DNA from: an uncultured bacterium
GTDB taxonomy: Bacteria; Oederibacteriota; Oederibacteriia; Oederibacteriales; Oederibacteriaceae
Length of the DNA stretch: 64,000 bases
Direction: 5' to 3'
NCBI GenBank assembly: GCA_965112635.1
Contig: OZ218778.1
Span: 448,001-512,000, forward strand
Below are positions 46,897 to 56,542 of this stretch, one piece after another. The notes beneath the pieces are model-generated. The model saw only the letters and a program-made list of their open reading frames with translations, was not told the origin of the DNA and searched no databases. The first letter of the stretch is position 1; each line of letters starts with the position of its first letter. The position numbers and the translations under genes are program-made.

Positions 46897-47745
46897 TTAT
46901 TTATTGTATTCTTTGACAAACTCCGCCAGGGACTGTTTCCACGGTCGCATGCTAAACCCGGTTTTTTTGAGCTTGGCTTTGCTGAGCACCGTATAGGCCG
47001 GCCTCGCAGCCGGCTGTTCCAGCTCCTCAAATTTAATAGGCCTGACCTTTTTTGTAAGCCTTGCCAGCTTTAAAACAGCCTTGCCGTATTCCAGCCAGTT
47101 GCAGGACCCTTGTCCGGACACATGATAGACGCCTTTTGCCTTGATATGGATGAGATGTTTGATGGCCAAAGCCAAATCCTTGGTGTAGGTCGGCGAACCT
47201 TTTTTATTGTCCACCAGCTTGAGTTCCGGCTTGGTCCTGGCCCACTCCAGCACATTGGTCACGAAATTGGTCCGGCCAAATCCGTACACCCAGGAAGTCC
47301 GCACAATGGTCCACGCGCCCCCCGCGGCCTGCACAGCCTGCTCTCCCATCAGCTTGGTCTCACCGTAAATATTGATAGGGTGTACCGGGTCGGTTTCTTT
47401 ATAGGGCGTTTTTTTCTTGCCGTCAAAAACATAGTCCGTGGAAACATAGATGAGCCGTGCCCCGGCTTTTTTCGCACCCTGTGCCACCAGGGCCGTACCG
47501 ATCTTATTTACCTTTTCTGCTTCTTCCCTGTCCACCTCGCACCCGTCCACATCCGTCAAGGCCGCCCCATGGATGACCACCTCAGGCTTGAAATGACAGA
47601 TGGTCTCTATAATTTTGGGAGAGGTGATGTCGTCCGTGACCAGGCGCGCCAAAAAAAGCTTGTGGTCCTTAAAAACCTTTTCCAGGGCCCGGCCCAGCTG
47701 GCCCTCGCTGCCGGTAATGAATATCCTGAGTGATTTAGAGGTCAT
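46897..47745 (-). CDS. rfbD: dTDP-4-dehydrorhamnose reductase
   Basis: ITGSEGQLG, TDVDGCE, STDYVFDG, YGETK, GSPT, PAARP. Confidence 0.95.
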   Translation of the reverse strand: MTSKSLRIFITGSEGQLGRALEKVFKDHKLFLARLVTDDITSPKIIETICHFKPEVVIHGAALTDVDGCEVDREEAEKVNKIGTALVAQGAKKAGARLIYVSTDYVFDGKKKTPYKETDPVHPINIYGETKLMGEQAVQAAGGAWTIVRTSWVYGFGRTNFVTNVLEWARTKPELKLVDNKKGSPTYTKDLALAIKHLIHIKAKGVYHVSGQGSCNWLEYGKAVLKLARLTKKVRPIKFEELEQPAARPAYTVLSKAKLKKTGFSMRPWKQSLAEFVKEYNK

Positions 47746-48740
47746 CTTTTGCCGTACATCTTTTCATAATATTTCTTGAATTCGCCTGACTTTATCTTTT
47801 TCCACCAGGCCGTTTCTTGTTTGTACCACTCCACGGTCAGGGCTATGCTCTCGCTGAAACTATACCTGGGTTTAAAACCTATTTTTTTGACCTTGCTGCA
47901 GTCCAGCGAATACCTGCGGTCATGGCCCGGCCTGTCCTTGATGTACTGGATGGTCTTTTCCGGCCTAGCCAGCTGCCTGAGGATCTCCCGGCTGATGTCC
48001 AGGTTGCTCATCTCCTGCCCGCCTCCTAAATTGTAAATCTCACCGGGTTTGCCTTTTTGCAGGATAAAATCCACCCCTGCGCAGTGGTCCTCCACATAGA
48101 TCCAGTCGCGGACATTCATCCCGTCTCCGTAAAGGAAAATAGGCTTGCCTTCCAGCACATTGGTGATGGAGAGGCTGATCAGCTTTTCCGGATACTGATA
48201 GGACCCGTAATTGTTGGTGCACCGGGTGATGAGCACAGGCAAGCCAAAAGTCCGGAAGTAGGACAGGACCATGAGGTCAGCGCTCGCCTTGGCCGCGGAA
48301 TAGGGGCTGTTGGGATGGAGCTGGGATTTTTCATTGAAGGAGCCTTTATCAATGCTCCCGTAAACCTCATCCGTGCTGATCTGCAGATATTTCTTGTGTT
48401 TGAATTTCCTGGCCGCCTCCAGGAGCACATAAGTGCCGTAAACATTGGTCTGGACAAACCCTCCGGGCTCCTGGATGGAGCGGTCCACGTGGGTCTCCGC
48501 CGCGAAATTGATGATAACGTCTGTTTTTTGGGCCAGGGATCCCACTATTCTGCGGTCGCAGATATCCCCTTTGACGAATTTATACCTGGGGTTCTTTTCC
48601 ACATCCCGCAGGTTGTCCAAGTTGCCCGCGTAGGTGAGCTTATCAAGATTAACAATGGACCAGGCTGGATGTTTGTGGAGCATAAAGCGGATAAAGTTAC
48701 TGCCGATAAATCCCGCCCCGCCGGTTACTAAAAGTCTCAT
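47742..48740 (-). CDS. rfbB: dTDP-glucose 4,6-dehydratase
   Basis: VTGGAGFIGSNF, DKLTYAGN, AAETHVDRSI, STDEVYG, DRPGHDRRY. Confidence 0.96.
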   Translation of the reverse strand: MRLLVTGGAGFIGSNFIRFMLHKHPAWSIVNLDKLTYAGNLDNLRDVEKNPRYKFVKGDICDRRIVGSLAQKTDVIINFAAETHVDRSIQEPGGFVQTNVYGTYVLLEAARKFKHKKYLQISTDEVYGSIDKGSFNEKSQLHPNSPYSAAKASADLMVLSYFRTFGLPVLITRCTNNYGSYQYPEKLISLSITNVLEGKPIFLYGDGMNVRDWIYVEDHCAGVDFILQKGKPGEIYNLGGGQEMSNLDISREILRQLARPEKTIQYIKDRPGHDRRYSLDCSKVKKIGFKPRYSFSESIALTVEWYKQETAWWKKIKSGEFKKYYEKMYGKR

Positions 48741-48758
48741 AAACCACCTCTTATTTTC

Positions 48759-48842
48759 CTGTCACTCCCGCGAAAGCGGGAGTCCAGTTAATTTCCTATC
48801 ACAAAACAATGGATTCCCGCTTAAACACTGCGGGAATGACAG
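48759..48842. repeat. REP-like palindromic element (GTCA(C/T)TCCCGC...GCGGGAATGAC)
   Basis: CTGTCACTCCCGCGAAAGCGGGAGTCCA ... TGGATTCCCGC-TTAAACACT-GCGGGAATGACAG: two hairpins inside an outer inverted repeat. Confidence 0.75.
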
Positions 48843-48856
48843 CCGAATTTCGGTTG

Positions 48857-49417
48857 TCACTTTTTATAAACGAACACATCCTTCAGGTCTTTTAATCTGA
48901 GAAGAACCGCGTCTTTTTTGGAAATAATGGGGTCTTTGACCGGCCACTTTACGCCGATGTCCGGGTCGTTCCAGATGATGCCTGCGTCATCCTGGGGCGA
49001 ATATTCCGCCGTGGTCTTGTACAGCACTTCGGCCGTGTCGCTCAACATGCACATCCCATGGGCGAACCCGACCGGGATATAGATCATCTTTTTGTTTTCC
49101 GCCGACAGATCGGCTCCTACCCACCTGCCAAAGGTCGGCGAACCCTGGCGGAGGTCCACAGCCACGTCAAAAATTTCACCCGCGACCACCCGGAGCAGTT
49201 TGCCCTGCGCATGGGGATTTTTTTGGAAATGCAGGCCCCGCAAGACATTCCTGGAGGACACAGAATGGTTGTCCTGCACAAAGTCCTCGGCAATGCCAAA
49301 AGCCCTGAACTCGGAGGATTTATAGGTTTCCATGAAAAAACCGCGCTCATCCTTGAATACTTTGGGTTCGATAAGGATAACTTCGGGGATCTCCAGGCGT
49401 TTAAAACTGAAAGGCAT
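48857..49417 (-). CDS. rfbC: dTDP-4-dehydrorhamnose 3,5-epimerase
   Basis: DERGFFMETY, FVQDNHS, VLRGLHFQ, GFAHG, WNDP. Confidence 0.95.
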   Translation of the reverse strand: MPFSFKRLEIPEVILIEPKVFKDERGFFMETYKSSEFRAFGIAEDFVQDNHSVSSRNVLRGLHFQKNPHAQGKLLRVVAGEIFDVAVDLRQGSPTFGRWVGADLSAENKKMIYIPVGFAHGMCMLSDTAEVLYKTTAEYSPQDDAGIIWNDPDIGVKWPVKDPIISKKDAVLLRLKDLKDVFVYKK

Positions 49418-49457
49418 AATCTCCTCTTATGTTCCCAAACTAAAGTTAAAACAATAT

Positions 49458-49555
49458 CCCCTCCCTTTTTCGACGCCCTCATGGGCTCATGCCCACGCAC
49501 CTTGAGGGCGAGGTGCGCACGCATGAGCGTGTGGGAGGGGACTGAGGGGGAGGGT
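49458..49555. repeat. Palindromic intergenic element (CCCCTCCC...GGGAGGGG) with nested stems
   Basis: Outer CCCCTCCC/GGGAGGGG; inner CTCATGC/GCATGAG and CGCACCT/AGGTGCG; alternative CGCCCTCA/TGAGGGCG. Confidence 0.6.
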
Positions 49556-49574
49556 GGTACATTCACTACCCTTC

Positions 49575-50300
49575 TCACCTCTTATTTGCCCCAGTTTTGG
49601 CCACCAGGTTATTGACCGAAACAAGGGACTCAAAAGTCCCCGCGTCCGACCACCAGCCATTGAGAACGCTCCAGGTCAGGGTTCCCTGCCGGATATAGCT
49701 GTTGTTCACATCCGTGATCTCCAGCTCTCCCCGGAGTGAGGGTTTTAAGGTCCTGGTGACCTCAAATACCGAGTGGTCGTACATATAAATCCCGGTCACG
49801 GCATAATCAGACTTTGGGTTTTTAGGTTTTTCTTCGATCCCTATTATTTTTTTCCCTTTAAAAACCGGCACTCCGAACCTCTGCGGGTCTTTTACTTTTT
49901 TGAGGAGGATCTTGGCTCCCTGAGCCTGCTGTTCGAACTCTTTGACCGCGCTGATAATGTTTTTCTCTATGATATTGTCTCCCAGAACCACGCAGACCTT
50001 GTCATCATCCACAAAAAACTCGGCCAGCTTCAGAGCCGCGGCAATACCACCCTCTCCCTCCTGATAGGTATAGTTCAAATGCCTCAGGCCGAACTCTTTG
50101 CCGTTGCCCAATAGCTTGAGGAATCCCTCGTTGTTGCCGCCGGTCACGACCATGATGTCGCGGATGCCCGCCTGGACCAAAGTTTGGATGGGATAATAGA
50201 TCATAGGTTTGTTGTAAACCGGCAGGAGATGCTTGTTGATGATGCGGGTCAGCGGAAAAAGCCTTGTCCCCAGCCCTCCAGCCAATATGACGCCCTTCAA
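49575..50300 (-). CDS. rfbA: Glucose-1-phosphate thymidylyltransferase (short SpsI-like form)
   Basis: KGVILAGGLGTRL, KHLLPVYNKPMIYYP, EEKP, RGELEITD, WSDAGT. Confidence 0.9.
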   Translation of the reverse strand: MKGVILAGGLGTRLFPLTRIINKHLLPVYNKPMIYYPIQTLVQAGIRDIMVVTGGNNEGFLKLLGNGKEFGLRHLNYTYQEGEGGIAAALKLAEFFVDDDKVCVVLGDNIIEKNIISAVKEFEQQAQGAKILLKKVKDPQRFGVPVFKGKKIIGIEEKPKNPKSDYAVTGIYMYDHSVFEVTRTLKPSLRGELEITDVNNSYIRQGTLTWSVLNGWWSDAGTFESLVSVNNLVAKTGANKR

Positions 50301-50403
50301 TGGTTCCTCCTGAACTGCAAAAATGACGAGATTTGAATATGTTAGGTTATTTATCCTTAAGTTTCAACCAAAACGGTAGGGGTAAAAAATAGAGCTTTTT
50401 GCA

Positions 50404-51510
50404 TCATTGTTGTTCAGATTTATTTTTGTAATATTCCTTGGTCAACTTCCCTAACTGCCTTTGTTTCTTATTATTATTCTGCTGCCTGCCTATGGAATCT
50501 TTTTTTGCGTTAAATTCCATTTCCCGGTGCAGTTTCATATAGCTGTCGTAGCGCGCCTGTTTGAGACTACCCTTGGCCAAGGCGGCCAGGACAGCGCACC
50601 CAGGTTCCACCAGGTGCGAGCAATTGGAAAATTTGCATTTCCTCCCCAGGTCCTCAATATCAGTAAAGGTGGCGCTGGGTTCGCTTTCTTCCATCAGGCC
50701 CATTTCGCGCAGGCCGGGTGAATCAATGATCATGCCGCCTTCAGGAAGGAACAACAGAGTGCGGCTGGTCGTGGCATGCCGGCCCTGGTCGTCGTTCTCC
50801 CGGATGGCCAGAGTTTTACGCTCTGTCCCGCACAAAGCGTTGATCAGCGTGGTTTTGCCTGAGCCGGATGAACCGATCAAACAACCGGTGACTCCGGGCT
50901 GGAAATAACTCCGAACCACCGCTAGACCCTGCTCTTTCACGTTGCTGATCGTATGAACCTGGGCCCCGCTGGCAATGGCTCGTATTTTTTTGGTGATGGC
51001 CTCAATATCCGAGCTCAGGTCCGCTTTGCTCAATAGCACCACCGGCGTTGCCCCGCTGCCCCCTATGACAGCAAGGGCCCTTTCCAGGCGGGCGGGATTG
51101 AGGTCCTTATTCAGGCTCATGACGATAAATACATAATCCAGGTTGCTGGCCAAAACCTGTCGCCCGCTGGAAGTATTACGCGAATTGCGGGCCAAAGGCT
51201 GGCGGCGGGACAGTTCGGTGCGGCGCTCCAGGCGGCGGACAATGACTGTAGTGCCGTCTGCCGGCGGCCGGGCCAGAACCCAGTCTCCCACCACAGGCAA
51301 GTCCAGACCGCTTTTGATCTTATGCAGGATATTTCCGGTCACTGTTGCCGCAAACGGCCCTGAATCATCAATGAGCGTAAAAGAATATTTGTGCACCCCA
51401 GTGATGCGCGCAGCGATGCAGCTATTCCATTCTTCTTCGGTGACCTGTTTTTCAAAAAACGGTCCCCAGCCCAGGGCCGACAAACTAGCTTTTGTTTGCA
51501 TGACTCCCAT
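50404..51510 (-). CDS. rsgA: Ribosome small subunit-dependent GTPase A
   Basis: VVGDWV, SKADL, GSSGSGKTT, GRHATT, DSPG, CKFSNCSH.EPGC. Confidence 0.93.
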   Translation of the reverse strand: MGVMQTKASLSALGWGPFFEKQVTEEEWNSCIAARITGVHKYSFTLIDDSGPFAATVTGNILHKIKSGLDLPVVGDWVLARPPADGTTVIVRRLERRTELSRRQPLARNSRNTSSGRQVLASNLDYVFIVMSLNKDLNPARLERALAVIGGSGATPVVLLSKADLSSDIEAITKKIRAIASGAQVHTISNVKEQGLAVVRSYFQPGVTGCLIGSSGSGKTTLINALCGTERKTLAIRENDDQGRHATTSRTLLFLPEGGMIIDSPGLREMGLMEESEPSATFTDIEDLGRKCKFSNCSHLVEPGCAVLAALAKGSLKQARYDSYMKLHREMEFNAKKDSIGRQQNNNKKQRQLGKLTKEYYKNKSEQQ

Positions 51511-51524
51511 CCTGCTTTCTACAC

Positions 51525-51551
51525 AAAAACCCCGCGGCTCTGCTGCGGGGG
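51525..51551 (-). terminator. Rho-independent terminator after the NUDIX gene
   Basis: CCCCGCAGC-AGA-GCCGCGGGG then TTTTT on the minus strand. Confidence 0.7.
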
Positions 51552-51555
51552 ATGT

Positions 51556-52029
51556 TTATCGGATTATCTTTGGATTTAAATTACCCCGTTTCAGCCGTTC
51601 ATTCAATTCCCAAAGCGCTGTCTTGTCACTGTCCCACTTCAATAACGCCACGGCTTCCTTGTAGCGCACCCACCTATACTCGGTATGTTCTCCCGAAAGC
51701 TTTATCTCAAGCTCCTCCATTTTAGCAGCGTAATAGTAACAAGGTATTATACACAGCTCTTTAGGCCAATCTTTTTTGGCCTCAAGAGAGATATGCGAGG
51801 TTGCGATGGAAGCAGTGGTATCCAATTTAATATAGGATGCGGTTAAAAGTATGCCGCCCTCTTCTAAAGCCTCTCTGCGAGCAGCTTGTTCGGGAGTTTC
51901 CTTATCTTCTCCCCCGCCCGCAATAAATTGCCAATAACCCTCGTCGCTCCGCTGGAATACAGCAAATAGAGTGTTTGACTCGGTGTCTTTAAAAGGTATG
52001 ACACAAACTTGATACATTGCTCTTGGCAA
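51556..52029 (-). CDS. NUDIX hydrolase
   Basis: GGGEDKETPEQAARREALEEGG Nudix box; SGEHTEYRW. Confidence 0.9.
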   Translation of the reverse strand: MPRAMYQVCVIPFKDTESNTLFAVFQRSDEGYWQFIAGGGEDKETPEQAARREALEEGGILLTASYIKLDTTASIATSHISLEAKKDWPKELCIIPCYYYAAKMEELEIKLSGEHTEYRWVRYKEAVALLKWDSDKTALWELNERLKRGNLNPKIIR

Positions 52030-52039
52030 CCCTAGCTCC

Positions 52040-53680
52040 TTAGTGAGATCCTTTCAATTTCCTATATCTCCTGATCAGGGCATTGGTGGAAGAGTCATGC
52101 TTGAGAGGCGGCTCGGTTTTGCTTTCCAGCTCCGGCACAATGCGTTCAGCTAAAACCTTGCCCAGTTGGACTCCCCACTGGTCAAACGAGTTTACCTGCC
52201 AGATGATGCCCTGAGTAAACACGCAGTGTTCATAGAGCGCCACGAGTTTTCCCAGCGCTTCCGGGGTCAGCTTTTCCAAAAGGAGCGTGCTGGAGGGCCG
52301 GTTACCGGGAAAGGTTTTGTGGCTGACCAGCTCGGGAGGTGTTTCTTCCGCTTTCACTTCCTCCGCGGTCTTGCCAAAGGCTAAAGCCTCGGCCTGGGCA
52401 AAAACATTGGCCATCAAAAGGTCATGGTGCCGTCCCAAAGGCTGGAGCGGCTGGGCAAAGGCGATAAAGTCGCAGGGAATGAGCTTGGTGCCCTGGTGGA
52501 TCATCTGGTAAAAAGAATGCTGTCCGTTGGTGCCTGGCTCGCCCCAGTAAACCTGCCCGGTCTGGTAATCGATCTTGGTCCCGTCCAAAGTCACACCCTT
52601 GCCGTTGCTCTCCATAGTCAACTGTTGGAGATACGCCGGAAAGCGCTTCAAATACTGCTCATAAGGCAGGACAGCCATAGTTTCTACTTTAAAAAAGTTG
52701 TTATACCAGATACCCAGCAGGGCCATCAGCACCGGCAGATTGTGCTCCAAAGGGGCTGTGCGGAAATGTTCATCCATCTGGTGAAAACCATCCAGCATAG
52801 CGCGGAAATGCTCCGGGCCCAGGGCGATCATGGAGGACAGCCCAATGGCCGAATCCATAGAGTAACGGCCGCCCACCCAGTCCCAAAACCCGAACATATT
52901 AGCCGTATCAATCCCAAATTTAGCCACTTCCCCGGCATTGGTGGACACAGCCACAAAATGTTTAGCCACTGCTTTGGGGTCTTTCAAAATCTGGAGCACC
53001 CACTCGCGAGCCGTATGCGCGTTGGTCATGGTTTCTAATGTTGTGAAAGTCTTGGAGGAAATGATGAACAGGGTTTCTTCGGCATTTAAATCCTGAGTAG
53101 CTTCGGCAAAGTCCGTACCGTCAATATTGGAAACAAAGCGGAAGCACAGGTTGCGCTGGCTATAGCTTTTCAAGGCCTCATAGGCCATGACCGGTCCCAA
53201 ATCAGACCCGCCGATACCTACATTGACGATATTGCGGATGGGCTTGCCTGTAAAACCTTTCCACTGTCCCTGGCGGACCTGGTTGGAAAATCCTTCCATC
53301 TTTTTAAGGACCACATGGACTTGAGGCACCACATCTTCCCCATCCACAATGATGCTCTTGCCTTGGGGAGCACGCAGGGCCGTATGCAGGACCGCCCGTT
53401 TTTCCGTGACATTGATCTTGTCTCCCCGGAACATGGCCTCCCTGCGCTCCTTGAGGCCGGACTCCTCTGCCAGCCGGACAAGCAGCTTGATGGTCTCCTC
53501 GGTCACGCGGTGCTTGGAGTAGTCGAAATAAATCCCCAGGTCCTCCACCGCCATCTTTTCTCCGCGTTTCGGGTCATCCCTAAACATCTGCCGCAAATGC
53601 AGGTCTTTAATCTTGTGGTAATGTTCCCCCAGCGCCTTCCACGCCGGGAGTTGGGTAAGAGGTGTCGTTGCAGGTGTCAA
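52040..53680 (-). CDS. pgi: Glucose-6-phosphate isomerase
   Basis: [35 protein letters not shown]. Confidence 0.97.
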   Translation of the reverse strand: MTPATTPLTQLPAWKALGEHYHKIKDLHLRQMFRDDPKRGEKMAVEDLGIYFDYSKHRVTEETIKLLVRLAEESGLKERREAMFRGDKINVTEKRAVLHTALRAPQGKSIIVDGEDVVPQVHVVLKKMEGFSNQVRQGQWKGFTGKPIRNIVNVGIGGSDLGPVMAYEALKSYSQRNLCFRFVSNIDGTDFAEATQDLNAEETLFIISSKTFTTLETMTNAHTAREWVLQILKDPKAVAKHFVAVSTNAGEVAKFGIDTANMFGFWDWVGGRYSMDSAIGLSSMIALGPEHFRAMLDGFHQMDEHFRTAPLEHNLPVLMALLGIWYNNFFKVETMAVLPYEQYLKRFPAYLQQLTMESNGKGVTLDGTKIDYQTGQVYWGEPGTNGQHSFYQMIHQGTKLIPCDFIAFAQPLQPLGRHHDLLMANVFAQAEALAFGKTAEEVKAEETPPELVSHKTFPGNRPSSTLLLEKLTPEALGKLVALYEHCVFTQGIIWQVNSFDQWGVQLGKVLAERIVPELESKTEPPLKHDSSTNALIRRYRKLKGSH

Positions 53681-53707
53681 ATGATTCTCCTTATAAAATT
53701 ATTACTT

Positions 53708-54058
53708 CTACAATTCCAAATGTGTCTTTAAAGACTCTAAAATACTCTCCCTTGTTTCAGAAGAAACAATATCCCCGATCTTTTTTATTAACCGTTGTTT
53801 GGAAATGGTCCTGACCTGATGGGCCAGGACCAGGGAATCCTGGGTCAGGCCGCCCATAGGTGCTCTTAACAGAACTTCGCTGGAATAAATTTTGCGTCCC
53901 GGTTTAAGGGAAGTTATAGGCAGGATCGTGACCACAGGCATGAGTTCGTTAAAAGACTCTCCGCTGATGACCAGGACCGGCCTCACTCCTTTTTGTTCAG
54001 AACCGAGCGTGGGGTCCAGTCCAGCCAGAAATATCCCAAATCTATATTCCGACGTCAT
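53708..54058 (-). CDS. MazF/PemK-family toxin
   Basis: LDPTLGSEQKGVRPVLVIS, PITS, QVRTISKQRL. Confidence 0.92.
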   Translation of the reverse strand: MTSEYRFGIFLAGLDPTLGSEQKGVRPVLVISGESFNELMPVVTILPITSLKPGRKIYSSEVLLRAPMGGLTQDSLVLAHQVRTISKQRLIKKIGDIVSSETRESILESLKTHLEL

Positions 54059-54345
54059 TATTGCTGTTCCCTGTCGGAATTCTGGAACGCTTCCATGGTT
54101 TCCTTGACATCGCTCAAGAATAGCGGGTCAGTGGAAGCAATTTTATATTCTTCCCGGAGCTTCTTTTTAGCCTGTTCTTTTATATAAAGTTCCAGAGCCT
54201 CCCTTATGACACTGGTCAGGGTTTTTTTACCGCTGGCTTTGCTAGCTTGCTTGGCGGTTTCCAGCAGGTCATGAGGCAAATTAAGGGTTATTTTTTCTCT
54301 ATTATAATCCGGCGCATATACTACTTTCCCTACAGTTTTATTCAT
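54058..54345 (-). CDS. Ribbon-helix-helix antitoxin
   Basis: KITLNLPHDLL..SVIREALELYI; stop and toxin start overlap (TAATG). Confidence 0.8.
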   Translation of the reverse strand: MNKTVGKVVYAPDYNREKITLNLPHDLLETAKQASKASGKKTLTSVIREALELYIKEQAKKKLREEYKIASTDPLFLSDVKETMEAFQNSDREQQ

Positions 54346-54365
54346 ATTCCCTCCTTACATAAAAA

Positions 54366-54409
54366 ATACCATATTCTATACCATATTTCAATATGGTTAA
54401 TAATATGGC
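54366..54409. promoter_or_regulatory. Putative TA operator (2 direct plus 2 inverted CCATATT boxes, 12-bp period)
   Basis: ATACCATATT at 54366 and 54378; AATATGG at 54390 and 54402; directly upstream of the antitoxin. Confidence 0.7.
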
Positions 54410-54441
54410 AATATTAGTGAATTTTTTCATAGGTTAAAACC

Positions 54442-54472
54442 AGATTGCTTCGCCTTCCAGGCTCGCAATGAC
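54442..54472. repeat. Half REP-like element AGATTGCTTCG...CTCGCAATGAC
   Basis: Hairpin-forming sequence with the same AATGAC terminus as the 48759 element. Confidence 0.5.
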
Positions 54473-54479
54473 CTGACAG

Positions 54480-55595
54480 TTACAAAATCGTTTTATAGAT
54501 TTTATATATCTTTTCCGCCAGTTTTTGGTCAGTATAAAGGCTAAGCACCCTTTTTTTACCCAGCCAGCCCAGCTTTTTCCTGAGACTAGCGGAGCCAGCC
54601 AAGCTGTTGAGGCATTTGGTCAGAGCCGTCACATTTCCCTCCGGAAAGACCAGTCCTGCTTTACCAATGACCTCCGGGATAGCCCCGGATGAGGAGCCAA
54701 TGACAGGAACTTCGCAGGACATGGCTTCGATAAGCACCCGGCCAAACTGCTCTTTCCATCCGGCTGTGGTCCTGGACGGCAGTACAAGAATATCCAGGCA
54801 GTTGATAAAATCAGGGACTTGCTCGTTATAGACCGGGTCCACCAGGAACAGCCTGTTCTGCATACCCAGCCTGGCTGTTTCCCGGACTATCTCTTCTTTG
54901 AGCGGCCCTTCGCCCACCAGCATAAGGTTGGCTTTGACTTTCATTTTAGCCGCGGCCCTGACCAGGTCCAGCACTCCCTTAGCCTTTACCAGCCTGCCGA
55001 TATAGCCTATGGTCAGGCCGGACAAACCCATGTCTTTTTTCAGACCAGCAACATTCTTTTTCCTGAACAGGCCCGGGTCCACCCCGTACTGGGGAAAAAT
55101 AGATATTTTGTCCTTGGCCAACCCATCCGCCTGTAACATCCGGGCCGCTTGCCCGTTGCCGCAGATGGCGTGGTCAGTATGCGCCAGGACGAATTTCCTG
55201 GCCTGGCTCTGGGGCCACCGGAATTTTTGCTGCAGATTTTCCCAGGTGAAAAATACTATCTTGCTGTGTCTCCGTCGGGCGTGCCAGGCAGCCTGCCAGG
55301 CCGACATGCTAAAGGGTTCTTCCTCGATATGGACGATGTCCGGTTTGGCTTTTCTGAAGTAAGACCAAAAATAGGGATGAAAATACCAGCCCGTCTTGCC
55401 TTCTCCCACAATGGGAGCGGAAATGATCTTAAAATACTTGCTGCGCATGCCCAGAGCGCAGATCCTCTTGCCCACCAGCGGCCAGAAATACGGGACCAGC
55501 AGGGTGATAGACACACCCGGTTTTTTGGCCAGCCATTTGAGTTTTTCCTGGAAAGCCGGCACTCCGGCGCTGTGGGATACCACCAATATCTTCAA
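54480..55595 (-). CDS. GT4 glycosyltransferase
   Basis: YIGRL..KG, VLPS..EQFGRVLIEAM..PVIGS; TTG start overlaps the upstream stop. Confidence 0.9.
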   Translation of the reverse strand: MKILVVSHSAGVPAFQEKLKWLAKKPGVSITLLVPYFWPLVGKRICALGMRSKYFKIISAPIVGEGKTGWYFHPYFWSYFRKAKPDIVHIEEEPFSMSAWQAAWHARRRHSKIVFFTWENLQQKFRWPQSQARKFVLAHTDHAICGNGQAARMLQADGLAKDKISIFPQYGVDPGLFRKKNVAGLKKDMGLSGLTIGYIGRLVKAKGVLDLVRAAAKMKVKANLMLVGEGPLKEEIVRETARLGMQNRLFLVDPVYNEQVPDFINCLDILVLPSRTTAGWKEQFGRVLIEAMSCEVPVIGSSSGAIPEVIGKAGLVFPEGNVTALTKCLNSLAGSASLRKKLGWLGKKRVLSLYTDQKLAEKIYKIYKTIL

Positions 55596-56509
55596 GATAT
55601 AGTTCCTTGTTTGAGTTTGGCCACGCAAAAAAGCCCGGACCCCTGCCCAAGCCGGAATAGGCGCAGGATATAGGCAATCAGCATGAGGGGCACGCTGACC
55701 GTACCCAAAATGATATTTTTTACATGGACCATGGTCCTGGCCCGCTGGACTGTGTTTTGGTTATGCTGTTCCAAGCCTTTGCCCGCCACCTTGGCCGCGA
55801 GGCCGAACCTGACCTTGTCCCTAAGATACGTGTTGACCTCGTGCCAGTCCAACGGGTGCACCACCATCCGGACCACCTCAAATCCCTGGTTCTCCAAAAA
55901 ACCCCTCAGGCTTCCGCTGTTCCAGCGGGTCAGGTGATGGGGCGGGTAATCCCGCTCCCCCACGGTGTCCAGCATCCTGCCGCGGTTGGGCACGCTGACG
56001 CAGATGAGGCCGTTCGGTTGAAGGAGCTTTTTGATGCGCTGGATAAAAGAGGCGGGGTCGTCCATATGTTCCAAGATCTCAAAAGCCGTCACGATGTTGA
56101 ATTTCTTCTTGGCGGTGCGGCTAAACTGTTCAATGCTCTGGCTGGAAATGTTCGTGAGGTTATAGCGCTCTTTGGCCAGCTTGATATTTTCTTTGCTGAA
56201 ATCCAGGCCCCAGGAAAGGTAATCATGCTTCTGAGCCTCGTTTAAAAACCCGCCTTCCCCGCAACCCACATCCAGCAAAGTCCTGCCTGGAACTTTTGAC
56301 CTGAAAAACTGCTTATGATGCCACGAGAGCCCCTGAAAAAGATATTTGCCCACCTTGTACAGGCTGTCTTCGTCATACCACCTGCCACCAGGATTTTTCA
56401 TGGGATCGGAAAAGACCACCCGGCAGGCCAGGCATTCCCTGATGGTGTAGGGACCCCGTTTTTCTATCTCTTTAAAAGCGCTCTGTTTCCGGCATACGGG
56501 ACATTGCAT
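55592..56509 (-). CDS. Class I SAM methyltransferase
   Basis: CPVC..CLAC, LLDVGCGEG, FEILEH, VPN, PPHH. Confidence 0.87.
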   Translation of the reverse strand: MQCPVCRKQSAFKEIEKRGPYTIRECLACRVVFSDPMKNPGGRWYDEDSLYKVGKYLFQGLSWHHKQFFRSKVPGRTLLDVGCGEGGFLNEAQKHDYLSWGLDFSKENIKLAKERYNLTNISSQSIEQFSRTAKKKFNIVTAFEILEHMDDPASFIQRIKKLLQPNGLICVSVPNRGRMLDTVGERDYPPHHLTRWNSGSLRGFLENQGFEVVRMVVHPLDWHEVNTYLRDKVRFGLAAKVAGKGLEQHNQNTVQRARTMVHVKNIILGTVSVPLMLIAYILRLFRLGQGSGLFCVAKLKQGTIS

Positions 56510-56542
56510 GGTCTGTTCCTCAGGAAAGAAAATTGGAGCAAG

